Source: Nitrosotalea sp.
GTDB taxonomy: Archaea > Thermoproteota > Nitrososphaeria > Nitrososphaerales > Nitrosopumilaceae
Assembly (NCBI GenBank): GCA_023251295.1
Contig: JAHEYZ010000001.1
Location: 1-61,890 of the forward strand
DNA length: 61,890 bases
Direction of reading: 5' to 3'
The notes below the pieces were generated by a model. It saw nothing but the letters and a program-made list of their open reading frames with translations. It was not told the origin of the DNA and did no database searches. The translations under genes and the position numbers were made by a program. How positions within the stretch are numbered: position 1 is the first letter of the stretch; each line of letters begins with the position of its first letter. Shown here piece after piece: positions 52,411 to 61,890 of the stretch.

Positions 52411-53031
52411 TTATGATCCTATAAATTTTAATGGGTTAAATTTTGTCATGAAAACTATTGCACCGATTGCAATTCCCATCAATATCATCATTGGAAGTAT
52501 TGTTGGAACTTTGTTTGACATTCCTGTATTGACTTTCTTTGCATTCATCTTTGCTGTGTTCTGTAATTTTAAATCATTCTTGTCAAATGTTCTATAATCA
52601 ATCAGGAATTTTTGATCATGCTGTGAAATATCTTCTGGTTTTTTTGCATATAATTCTTTCATTGCATTGATTGGATCTGTGTAATGTTTTTCAGCAGATG
52701 CTTCAATTGCTGTATCAATCCTTGAAAGTTCTTTTACTATAAGATGTGCTTTCTTTTCTCTATACAATGTCTGAATTTTTTCAATACCTGTCAATGAAAT
52801 TGGTTTTGAATTAAATAAATTATAAAATAATATTGATTGCCCGCCAGCATTGTATGAATATTCTCCATCCAGTTCAAACACACCATCTTTCGTCTGGAAG
52901 AATTTTCCTTGATGTCTAACTGCCTTTCTGATTTCAATTTGTCTATCGCCTGATTTCAGAAAAATTATCGGCCCTTTCATCAACTTTAATTCTAATATTG
53001 GTATATGACCTGTCAGACTGAAATTAGGCAT
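52411..53031 (-). CDS. Protein with soluble N-domain and C-terminal TM anchor
   Basis: Contains VPTILPMMILMGIAIGAIVFM. Same architecture as 51738..52409. Confidence 0.7.
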   Translation of the reverse strand: MPNFSLTGHIPILELKLMKGPIIFLKSGDRQIEIRKAVRHQGKFFQTKDGVFELDGEYSYNAGGQSILFYNLFNSKPISLTGIEKIQTLYREKKAHLIVKELSRIDTAIEASAEKHYTDPINAMKELYAKKPEDISQHDQKFLIDYRTFDKNDLKLQNTAKMNAKKVNTGMSNKVPTILPMMILMGIAIGAIVFMTKFNPLKFIGS

Positions 53032-53044
53032 TGCTTCTGATTAT

Positions 53045-53065
53045 TCTGTGTACTAATTAAGTATT
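53045..53065 (-). promoter_or_regulatory. Class-B promoter motif (minus strand TAATACTTAATTAGTACACAG)
   Basis: GTACACAG ends 13 nt upstream of the ATG at 53031. The TTAATTA centre is about 26 nt from that ATG. Confidence 0.55.
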
Positions 53066-53810
53066 ACCTGATCATCAAGAATGGCATATCTGTTTTGATC
53101 GAGCTTCCACCATCCTGAATATGTCTGACCATCAATCTTTTGTTTCTTGTTTTTGACTTGTTCTTGAAATCTTTATATTGTTCTGTCAATGGCATTGCAT
53201 AAACTATCCATGTTTTTCCTGCATCAGATGATCTAGCTGTTTCAATTGATGTCCTTCTGTTTATCACGTCTTTTTCTTTTGGGGAAAGTATCTGTTCGAA
53301 ATATTCATCATATACAAACACACCTTCGATTCGGTTTGAATGAGTATCTACTAAATCAAATGTATATGCTGAAAACAAGTCGTTTGATATATGCTTGAAG
53401 TTTTCAAGTTTAATATCAGTCAATACTATGAATGCTGGGAATATCAAATGTCTTGTAAGAATATCTGTCACTTTTCTGTCATTTGAGTAAAGCTCCCTTT
53501 GTAAATATCCAAATCTCATATCAAACTCCATAAATTCCTTCATGAGTTTCATCTTTTTTGAGATCTTTCCAAATAATGAAATAATCCACATCGTTGTTCT
53601 GAACGGTACTCTTTGTCTGATTATCAGATTTGAGTAGTTATCTGTTACTTCCTTAATGCTTTCCATTTCAAAATACTTGTTTAGTTTTATCATTGATTCA
53701 AACACATGTTCTGGAACAACTTGTTTTTCACCCATCAGAATATAGCTACGCCCGCTATCCAAACTTTCTGATCTTACAGATTCGCACCAGTCTTGTGTCA
53801 GGTCTTTCAA
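53064..53810 (-). CDS. Hypothetical protein, 248 aa (TTG start)
   Basis: ORF track. Lies 40 nt downstream of the giant gene. Confidence 0.7.
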   Translation of the reverse strand: MKDLTQDWCESVRSESLDSGRSYILMGEKQVVPEHVFESMIKLNKYFEMESIKEVTDNYSNLIIRQRVPFRTTMWIISLFGKISKKMKLMKEFMEFDMRFGYLQRELYSNDRKVTDILTRHLIFPAFIVLTDIKLENFKHISNDLFSAYTFDLVDTHSNRIEGVFVYDEYFEQILSPKEKDVINRRTSIETARSSDAGKTWIVYAMPLTEQYKDFKNKSKTRNKRLMVRHIQDGGSSIKTDMPFLMIR

Positions 53811-53850
53811 TGGTTTCCTGTTTATACTTGTGGTTTAAAAATCTGTTTAC

Positions 53851-56800
53851 TCAAAAGTATCTCTTACCAATGAATGTTCCAATCGCAGTTATCAACACAA
53901 TCAATGCCCAGAACCCGCCAGTAATCAATGGATCTCCCGTCAATGGATCTGGGAAGTAACCTAGTACACCCATTGCACCGATCGCAACTGCCATGAATAT
54001 TATTCCTGTGCTTGCGCTTCTTCCTGTCCAAATCGCGGCCAAAAATAGGATGAATATGAATGGAACTGGAACACCTAGGAAATCTCCAAGGTTGTTTGTG
54101 AATGCTACAACTGCTGTTGTTCCGTTTGTAAGACCAAATGATGTAAATGATAGAATCTGGTTGTCATTATCCAATGGATCAAAACATGTTACATAGGCAT
54201 TGTTAAATGATTTTACAGGGCCGAATACAGTAGTCCAGCTACCTACATTTGAAATATTGAATGTCTGAATTGGTGCAAACAATCCTTCTGTAAGTTCACA
54301 ATCAAGACTCCAAGGTGCAGGTTGTCTTATGAATTGTACATTAATTCCTGTATATGTTGCATTTCTCATGTGAGTAAAGAATAGGTTAGAGCTTGGATCA
54401 AACAATACAGTTGCATATATTGTTCCAACTGTTGTTGAATTTGTACCAGCACCGTTTTGGAATCTTGTTGTTCCATTGATCAATACCAATGTTCCTGCTG
54501 GTTCATCTATTGTATAGAATGTTGACCATGATTGTGTAACAGTTCTTGGTGTTGATACTATTTGTGGAATATTTTCTATGAATGTTCCATTCTGTGTTAT
54601 TCCTACTTGATATAGATTACATGTTGGGAAGCATTCATTTACAGTTCCATTAAAGTCAATTTTTAATACATTTCCTGCCACACTTGAATTTGTAATTGTG
54701 ATGTTGCCAATTTGTGGGATTAACGTAGTGCTTGTTATCTCTGGCAATGTATATTGACCGTCTTGGTCTATTGTCTGTCCTTTTACCCTGTACGTATTCG
54801 TAATTTGGTTATGTGGGCTGAAATCTGAGTAAGAAGTCGTATTACCTTGGACTGCAATTGTCATCCAAGTTACATTATCTGTGTTTAATCTCTGGATTGT
54901 ATAGAATGTGATTTCACTGTTTGGTGTTCCAACTGGATTCGACCATGTTAAATCTACATTATATGGGAATACTGGATCAAATATGCCAAACAAGTTTTCA
55001 GGTTCTTGTATTGTATCAAATGTGCTTGCTGTCAAATTGGCTGAATATGCACCTGTTCCGTAAGTGTTCTTTGATGCGATGCTATAGATGTAATATGTAT
55101 CCTGTAACAATCCTGTATATTGTTTGTTTGTTGGTGTAGCTGGATGGTTTGGTGTAACTGTAACAAATGTTCCACCGATATTTTGGGCTTGTTTTATTGA
55201 ATATCCAGTAATTGGTACTCCACCTGTATAAACTGGTGAATCCCAATCAACGTCTATCACACTTACTCCGTTTGTTGTAAATGAAAGATTGATTGGTGGA
55301 TCTGGAACTCCCTGTGTCTTGTCATTGTCTTCATTTGAGAATACTCCTGTTCCTACAAGATTTGTTGCACGAACCTTATAATTATAAATTGTATTTTGAG
55401 TCAATCCAATATCGCTGTAGCTTAGTGTAACTCCTGAAACATTTGCTACAAATACAAATCCACCACCTACTGGTGTTTCCCTGTAAATTGAATACGATGT
55501 GATTCCACCGCCAACATAAGATGGACTCAACCATGATAGATTGATTTGTACATTGTTGAATGTTACAGCATTAAGTGTTAGTGGTGCTGATGGAACTGTG
55601 TATGTTGTTGCACTTGCTATGTTTGAATATGCACTTGATCCTGCACCGTTGTCTGCTCTAACCCTGTACTCGTATGTATTTCCAGATAATAATCCTGTAT
55701 CATTATAGTAAATTGTTGGTGCTGGGATTGTTGCAATTGTAACAAATCCTGTGAATCCTACATGTTTTCTCTGCAATACAAAACTTGTTGGTGGATCTCC
55801 ACCTATACCTGCTACCCACTGTGTATTGATTGCTGAACCTGAAATGGTTGTTGCTGTTAAGCTTGTTGGTGGATTCGGTGTCATTACTGGTGTAGTTACT
55901 ATTGAAAATTCATTTGAGAATGGGCTATACCCAATTGCATTTACAGCCCTAACCTTGTATGTGTAATTTGCACCTGAAATTACTGTTTCATCCTCGTAAA
56001 TTGCTGTTGCATTTGTGGTATTTGCTAAGAATGAATATGCACCAACTCCTTGCTTCCTTTGGAATTGATAATGGGTAATATCTACACCTGTAGATGGACT
56101 GCCTGTTCCATTGTCAACTGGTACATCCCAATTCAAGAACACATGTTCCAAGTGTGGAATTATAACTCCCATTGCACCTGTTAGATTTGCTGGTGCTGTA
56201 GGAATATCATTCGTTGTCACTAGCTGGAATGCCTCAGAACTATTTCCACCACCACTTACTGCAAGTACCGAGTAATTGTATAATGTATTTACTGATGGGA
56301 AGTAATCAGTGAATTGGCTTACAATTGGATTTCCAATTTCATTTCCATCTCGTTTTACTGCATAACTTGTCGCTGATCCTACATCATCCCAATCAATTGC
56401 TACGGTTGCATTAACTGCTGTCGCTGTGAAATTTGCTGGTGTATTTAGTGCAAATGAACCATTGTCATAATATCCTGCATCCCAAAAGTCTGCAACAGAA
56501 GATTCAATATTTCCACGCAAGTTAGTTACAGTATTTCCACTGTCAAAATCCCAAATACCAATAGTTGAAATTGTAACGTTATCAATATCTAAAAATGCAC
56601 TTGAACTTCCTGCTGAATCATCTATTGTTAACATTACAGTAACAAAATCTTCTGTTGAACCTGCCCAATTAATTGACGAATTTGTCAATGTTCTAATTTC
56701 GTCAAGAATTTGGATTGTTATTGATGTTGATCCCAATACTGCACCACCCTGAGATACCAATCCAACATTCAAAGGAAAATCTGGATTATTCTCTGTATTA

Positions 56801-59800
56801 TATGCACCATCTAAAACTTGTAATGTATAACTTGCAGGTGCGCCATCACCAGTACCAGCTAGCCCACTCCATCCAACAGAAATGTCTGAACCAAATATTT
56901 CTGTTTTGTTAAATGATTTGAAAAATCTTCCTTGACCAAACGCAAAATCTGTTCCTACACTTCCACCTGAATCAGCCCTGATTTGATATGTTTTACCAAA
57001 AAATGTTGGTGTTGCACCTGTGGTTATAAAGTCATATAGTGGATCAAATGGGTTTGAACTAATCCCAGAATAATTATCAACTTCCCTGAAATACCAACGC
57101 GAAGATGTACTATTTATTATTGCACTTGAACCATCATCTTGGACTGGTTCTTTTGTAAATGCAATATTTGAACCGTTTACTGCAACACCTATGTCATTCT
57201 CACCTCTAACTCTGTAGAAGTATGTTAAACCATCCTCTAATCCTGAATCTGTAAAGTTTGTTTGTGGTGCTGTCACATTTGCTAAAAATGTAAAGTTTTC
57301 AATTCTAATATTCATTGCAAGATCTCCACCAGCAGATGAAAATGAATATGGAAACGTATCACTAAACGCTGTTTTTGCTAATCCATTAACTTCATCTGCT
57401 GTTGACTTGCGAAACTTTGTATCTGTTGTAACTGTTCCTGTCATATTTGCACCTACATGATATGTTGTTCCACCGTCTAATTTTACAGGTGGATCGAAGA
57501 AAAATGATTGCACATTAAATGATGATACAAATAATGGAGTTATTGTACAAGGACTTATTGTTGCATTTGAACTTGCAATTAAAGTTGAACCACTACTTGA
57601 CCAAATACTTCCACGAAGCAACCCAGAACCAGTACAACCAGCATCTTGCGTAATAGACATGTCTATTCTTGTTACGTTTACGTCAACAGTTGGCGTAATT
57701 TCCTGTGCTACTGCAAATTGTGTACCGCTCGTTCCAGTTAAAGTTGTTGGAGAACGATCCTGATGATAAATAAGGAAATCATCTGAACTTAGTCTAGCAA
57801 GATCTCCACTGGTTCTTTCTATAAGATAAAATGTTGGCGAACCCATTGGTTCAGTCCAATTCATATAAATTGAATTTGTTATTGGAAATACCTGCAAGTC
57901 GTCAATTGTATCTGGTGGACTGATATTTTCTGCACTTGCAGTTGAGTTATCTCCACAATCAATTGCATTACATCCAGCAACTTTGTACGTATAACTTCCT
58001 GATGTTACGCTTGTATCATTATAGTAATTGATTGCTGGATTATTTGTTGCTAATAATGTATATCCTGAACCAGCATCCCTGTAAATATTATAACTTGTTA
58101 GATTTAATCCTGTACTTGGATTGCCTTCTCCATTATTATATGCCAGTGCATTCCATTGTAAATTAACTTTCAATGGGCTTTGTACTATCACAGTTTGTAA
58201 GTTTTGGACTTGATCTGGAACATCATTTGTCAATACATTATTTGAATATCCAGCAGTTCCATTTTCAACTCCATTATCACCATAAACTCTATACTGATAA
58301 TCAGTTCCACGTTCCTGAGTTGTATCTATAAATAATGTAATTGGTTCTGCACCATCAAGATATAATTTGAAATTATCAATTGAATAGTCAAAATCATCAC
58401 TATCTGATCCAGAACCAAGATTGCTTACAACCAGATATTTCAAATTATTGTATCTTTCTGCACCGCCATTAAATGAAAGGCTTAATGGTAACTGGCATCC
58501 AGCAGTTCTTTGTTCACATGTAAATTCAGTAACACTTACTGTAGTTCCAGATTTTGTCATGTTAAAGTATCGTTTTACATTATTATCTGATACTGCCGAT
58601 TCAATTGTTGTATCAATTGCATCAAATGTAGAACAATTTGTTCCATCTGCCAGTGCTAATGTTCCTTGAATTGCTATTGTTTGACCACCAACATATCTAA
58701 AACAAACATGATCTGCTGTTTCACTTGGATGCTTTATTGCACTAACTAATGAGATCAGTTCATTCTGTCCATTAAATACAGAGTTTAGTGATGTTTGATC
58801 CCAGAGTAATGAAAAGTCACCATCTCCATTAACATCTGTTGCCTGTACTCCTAATGCAGACAAATCAAAGCTAAGGTAATTAGTTCCAGAATTACTCCAT
58901 TTGGTATAAAGGTCATCAGATGTTGAGTTTACTCCACAAATGTTATCAGCTCCACCTGTTCCACCTGTACAATTTGTTGTATTTGGAATCCAACTTATGT
59001 TTGCAGTTGCATTATCAGGATACTCTGAAAATCCTTCTGTGAATGCCAATCCAAAGTCTGTATCTCCTACTACTGTGAAATTTGCATTTAGTGTGGCTGA
59101 TGGTACTGTGAAATATCCATAATCATAATCACCCCCAAAAGTAGGGCCTACCTCGTTTGTAAGAGATGCACCTGCCATACTTTGGTAAATATATGGTTCT
59201 CCGTTGTTTGTGAAGTTAACTGATAGAAGGTTAAGTACTGGAAAGCTTGTTAGGATTGACAAGTCATGCAATTGCATTACTATTCTAACATAACTACTAT
59301 AACTTCCAACTGAGAATGTTTTTGTTTGTGTTCCACTATTAGCTACAAAACCCATTGTTGCCGAAATTGGAGAACATCCGCTAAGTGGAGCTGTTGAAAA
59401 TGCTGGTCTTGTACCTAGACCACAATTGTATAATGTTACAGTACCAGAAATTCCTGTTGCAAGCGGGCCATCAAATGTTGCTTTTACTTCCAAGTCTGTG
59501 TTTGCTACATCTGTTGCGTTGAAATCTTTCCAGATATAACAGTCAGCCCATTGGATGCCTACAGGATGACTAACACCGATACCGCCAGAAATTGATGGTG
59601 TACATAGTGTTCCAGCACCGCCACCTACTCCTGAATCAAGTGGGAACTCATTCCAACTCCATGTTTCATTTACAGATGCAAAATTGCCTCTTTCAATCCA
59701 ATACTTGTCAACTGCTGGTTCTGATACAACTGAATCCCAATCAACTATTACCGTATCAATATCTGCTGTTGCTTCTACATTATCTGGTGCTGGGATTGTA

Positions 59801-61890
59801 GTTACAGATGTGAAAGGGCCAGTTGGATTTGTTTTACCCGCAATTCTATATACATAATTGGTACTTTCTGGTGCTGATGTGTCTGTATATGATGTTGCTG
59901 ATGGTGATAATGTTGCAATTGTACTCCATGATACAACTGGCACATCTCCTGATCCATCATGATATTCAAATATTATATCATCAATTATTTGGTCTGTTCC
60001 ATGAATACTATTTGTAATTGGAAAAACAAATCCATCTGAAATTGTTGCACTTGTACCACCTATGTATAATCCCCATGTTGTTACTTTTGCCAGTTCAGTT
60101 GGATTAGAACTGATATATGTCTGGAACAATGATGTTGCATTTGCTGTAATTGTGAATGGTGTATTTTTTGCATTGCTTGTTATAACAAATGAACCTGCAT
60201 TAAGGAATGGATCATCTACTTTTCGTATTATTGTGTAACCTACTGTTGCAGTTGGGTTACTATTACAAAGCTGTTTGCCTCTTGTATAATAATTTGTTAT
60301 TAGTGGTGGTGTACAGTCTGCATCATCTCTTGTTTCTACCTGTACTCCTGTTTTTGTGCCATTTTCAAACGTATAACTAACACCATAGCCTGTTGAACCA
60401 CCATAAGAATCACCACCAGCATCAAGTATCTTGCTTTGGAATGTTACTTTGTCAATTTCAGATATTGGTATTTCTTCTTTTGCTATGTTTGAATCAAGTT
60501 TGAATCTGTCTGAACTGCCTGCTCTCCATGTTAATGCCTTATAATGAAACGATGAACCATTTATTGCATTATCATCAGTAATTTTTCCTATGATACAGTT
60601 CTGTGCTTGTGTTACTTGACCAGTTCGCAACCCAAAGTTTGGACAGTTAAGCGTTCCCTGACCTACTGCTGTTTCATGATCATAAATAACCTTAAAGTTA
60701 TCACCAAATGTTTCAATTGAACCTTGATAATCAGCAGATAGATCTTCGTCTGCAAATCTGCTTGTGCTTTCAAAATTCTCGCTGATATAATCTGCATTTC
60801 TTCTTTGTACAATTACCGAGGTTAATGGATCTGGGTCATGTGTTACTGCTGTATCCCATGATAGCTGGACTGATGTAGTGTTTAATCTTACAGCTTCAAG
60901 GTTTTGTATCTTTTCAATTAGTCCAAAGTAATTTGCTGTTGAGTTGTCTGTGTATATCGCTGTTCCTGTAAAGTATCCCCTTACCTTATACTGGTAAACA
61001 CTTGTCAATCCTGTATTTACGAGATTACTATCTACGTATGTTGATCCGTCATCCCAATTATTTACAATCATTGTTCCGTTTCTAAATATCTGATAATAAT
61101 CCGCACCTACATCAGTCCAAGTTAACGTAGCTTTTGCATCATATTGTTGGTCAACTACTAAGTTTAGGTCTGGTTCTGTGAAGTTTGCCATAGCTCCTGT
61201 TGCTTCTTCAACATCTCCGTTTAGTGCAACTACCCTGTAAAAGTAAGTATTACCTGATGTGGTGTTTTCATCAATGAAAAATGTTGTAAGATTTCCAGTA
61301 TTTGCAATATATGGATTATAATATAATTTAGTTTGATTTATTACATTGATGATTATCTGTGTATCTCTTCCACCCGAAGCATCCCAATTTGGACTATTCC
61401 ATCTATAATTTTGACAGCATGTAGGTGTTCCTGAATCTCTTTCTGCTACCTCAATAGTTCCGCTAGTTCTATCTTGCCATAACACACCATAACCAATTGT
61501 TGATTTTTGAGATGCTGATACATTGATTAATCCTGTATCTCTGAAAGTAAATGTAAATCCGCTTGGATTTTGAAATCCATTATATACTTCTGGTGTAGCT
61601 GTATTTGTTGCATTGGCTAATGTAGTTAAGCTACCACCAGCATGTACTACATTTGAAAATATTGAACCGTAAAGTTGCCCACCTGTTGGATTTGTAGTAC
61701 CAGTATCTAAAAATCCTACTGTGAAATCACTTACAATCTGTCCTGTTATATCTGGTGTTCCACTATTTTGTGAAAATCCTTCTTCTGCTACTGCATCTGG
61801 TGATGCATTTAGTGCTTCTCTTGTATTTGCACCTGTGTATGTGTTCATAAATTCATAGGTATCTGCTGATTCAGTAGATGTTCTGTAAAT
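53851..61890 (-). CDS. Giant (>2665 aa) FN3-repeat surface or adhesin-like protein with C-terminal triple TM anchor; frame still open at the right window edge
   Basis: At least 11 FN3-like signatures are present, for example NYTYKVRAVNAIGYS, TYEYRVRADNGAGSS, IYNYKVRATNLVGTG, TYFYRVRGENDIG and DYQYRVYGDNGVENG. The C-terminus reads FIFILFLAAIWTG...IIFMAVAIGAMGVLGYF...FWALIVLITAIGTFIG. No in-frame stop lies between the ATG at 61848 and position 61890. Confidence 0.9.
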   Translation of the reverse strand: MYRTSTESADTYEFMNTYTGANTREALNASPDAVAEEGFSQNSGTPDITGQIVSDFTVGFLDTGTTNPTGGQLYGSIFSNVVHAGGSLTTLANATNTATPEVYNGFQNPSGFTFTFRDTGLINVSASQKSTIGYGVLWQDRTSGTIEVAERDSGTPTCCQNYRWNSPNWDASGGRDTQIIINVINQTKLYYNPYIANTGNLTTFFIDENTTSGNTYFYRVVALNGDVEEATGAMANFTEPDLNLVVDQQYDAKATLTWTDVGADYYQIFRNGTMIVNNWDDGSTYVDSNLVNTGLTSVYQYKVRGYFTGTAIYTDNSTANYFGLIEKIQNLEAVRLNTTSVQLSWDTAVTHDPDPLTSVIVQRRNADYISENFESTSRFADEDLSADYQGSIETFGDNFKVIYDHETAVGQGTLNCPNFGLRTGQVTQAQNCIIGKITDDNAINGSSFHYKALTWRAGSSDRFKLDSNIAKEEIPISEIDKVTFQSKILDAGGDSYGGSTGYGVSYTFENGTKTGVQVETRDDADCTPPLITNYYTRGKQLCNSNPTATVGYTIIRKVDDPFLNAGSFVITSNAKNTPFTITANATSLFQTYISSNPTELAKVTTWGLYIGGTSATISDGFVFPITNSIHGTDQIIDDIIFEYHDGSGDVPVVSWSTIATLSPSATSYTDTSAPESTNYVYRIAGKTNPTGPFTSVTTIPAPDNVEATADIDTVIVDWDSVVSEPAVDKYWIERGNFASVNETWSWNEFPLDSGVGGGAGTLCTPSISGGIGVSHPVGIQWADCYIWKDFNATDVANTDLEVKATFDGPLATGISGTVTLYNCGLGTRPAFSTAPLSGCSPISATMGFVANSGTQTKTFSVGSYSSYVRIVMQLHDLSILTSFPVLNLLSVNFTNNGEPYIYQSMAGASLTNEVGPTFGGDYDYGYFTVPSATLNANFTVVGDTDFGLAFTEGFSEYPDNATANISWIPNTTNCTGGTGGADNICGVNSTSDDLYTKWSNSGTNYLSFDLSALGVQATDVNGDGDFSLLWDQTSLNSVFNGQNELISLVSAIKHPSETADHVCFRYVGGQTIAIQGTLALADGTNCSTFDAIDTTIESAVSDNNVKRYFNMTKSGTTVSVTEFTCEQRTAGCQLPLSLSFNGGAERYNNLKYLVVSNLGSGSDSDDFDYSIDNFKLYLDGAEPITLFIDTTQERGTDYQYRVYGDNGVENGTAGYSNNVLTNDVPDQVQNLQTVIVQSPLKVNLQWNALAYNNGEGNPSTGLNLTSYNIYRDAGSGYTLLATNNPAINYYNDTSVTSGSYTYKVAGCNAIDCGDNSTASAENISPPDTIDDLQVFPITNSIYMNWTEPMGSPTFYLIERTSGDLARLSSDDFLIYHQDRSPTTLTGTSGTQFAVAQEITPTVDVNVTRIDMSITQDAGCTGSGLLRGSIWSSSGSTLIASSNATISPCTITPLFVSSFNVQSFFFDPPVKLDGGTTYHVGANMTGTVTTDTKFRKSTADEVNGLAKTAFSDTFPYSFSSAGGDLAMNIRIENFTFLANVTAPQTNFTDSGLEDGLTYFYRVRGENDIGVAVNGSNIAFTKEPVQDDGSSAIINSTSSRWYFREVDNYSGISSNPFDPLYDFITTGATPTFFGKTYQIRADSGGSVGTDFAFGQGRFFKSFNKTEIFGSDISVGWSGLAGTGDGAPASYTLQVLDGAYNTENNPDFPLNVGLVSQGGAVLGSTSITIQILDEIRTLTNSSINWAGSTEDFVTVMLTIDDSAGSSSAFLDIDNVTISTIGIWDFDSGNTVTNLRGNIESSVADFWDAGYYDNGSFALNTPANFTATAVNATVAIDWDDVGSATSYAVKRDGNEIGNPIVSQFTDYFPSVNTLYNYSVLAVSGGGNSSEAFQLVTTNDIPTAPANLTGAMGVIIPHLEHVFLNWDVPVDNGTGSPSTGVDITHYQFQRKQGVGAYSFLANTTNATAIYEDETVISGANYTYKVRAVNAIGYSPFSNEFSIVTTPVMTPNPPTSLTATTISGSAINTQWVAGIGGDPPTSFVLQRKHVGFTGFVTIATIPAPTIYYNDTGLLSGNTYEYRVRADNGAGSSAYSNIASATTYTVPSAPLTLNAVTFNNVQINLSWLSPSYVGGGITSYSIYRETPVGGGFVFVANVSGVTLSYSDIGLTQNTIYNYKVRATNLVGTGVFSNEDNDKTQGVPDPPINLSFTTNGVSVIDVDWDSPVYTGGVPITGYSIKQAQNIGGTFVTVTPNHPATPTNKQYTGLLQDTYYIYSIASKNTYGTGAYSANLTASTFDTIQEPENLFGIFDPVFPYNVDLTWSNPVGTPNSEITFYTIQRLNTDNVTWMTIAVQGNTTSYSDFSPHNQITNTYRVKGQTIDQDGQYTLPEITSTTLIPQIGNITITNSSVAGNVLKIDFNGTVNECFPTCNLYQVGITQNGTFIENIPQIVSTPRTVTQSWSTFYTIDEPAGTLVLINGTTRFQNGAGTNSTTVGTIYATVLFDPSSNLFFTHMRNATYTGINVQFIRQPAPWSLDCELTEGLFAPIQTFNISNVGSWTTVFGPVKSFNNAYVTCFDPLDNDNQILSFTSFGLTNGTTAVVAFTNNLGDFLGVPVPFIFILFLAAIWTGRSASTGIIFMAVAIGAMGVLGYFPDPLTGDPLITGGFWALIVLITAIGTFIGKRYF

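Overview
AT-rich (about one-third GC by eye) 61.9-kb segment. It is almost wall-to-wall coding, and nearly every gene lies on the minus strand; the only convincing plus-strand unit is 22324-23160. Many neighbouring genes overlap stop-to-start (ATGA / TAATG). I read it as part of a large archaeal virus, provirus or other mobile element.

Evidence for an archaeal, mobile-element origin:
- Conserved TATA-box motifs sit about 27-32 nt upstream of start codons. This fits archaeal BRE/TATA promoters with leaderless mRNAs.
- Mobile-element genes are present: a tyrosine integrase, two DNA methyltransferases (DPPY-type and MT-A70-type), two HNH nucleases, a PIN-like (DUF5615-type) nuclease and several winged-helix regulators.
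- There are dozens of tiny CxxC / C2H2 zinc-finger ORFs.

The right half looks like a structural or late module:
- A >2665-aa FN3-repeat protein with a C-terminal triple TM anchor; its frame is still open at the window edge.
- A 1394-aa low-complexity protein.
- A run of basic proteins sharing a C-terminal ...DD(M/I)F motif.
- A four-member family of two-TM, Cys-stapled hairpin proteins. Its inter-cysteine loop is either 8 aa or carries whole domains, including a LamG-like lectin fold.

I could not recognise a terminase, portal, HK97 or double-jelly-roll capsid gene, or a DNA polymerase, by eye.

The left 3 kb is compositionally distinct. It is strongly GATC-enriched and carries an AAA+ (MoxR/CobS-like) ATPase plus an HExxH partner, followed by a perfect 34-bp x4.3 tandem array.

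Several ORF-free, structured intergenic regions (5299-6106, 7170-7533, 7885-8322, 11932-12205, 35547-36206) are candidate origin or ncRNA loci.

All functional calls rest on motif recognition by eye; no database search was possible.
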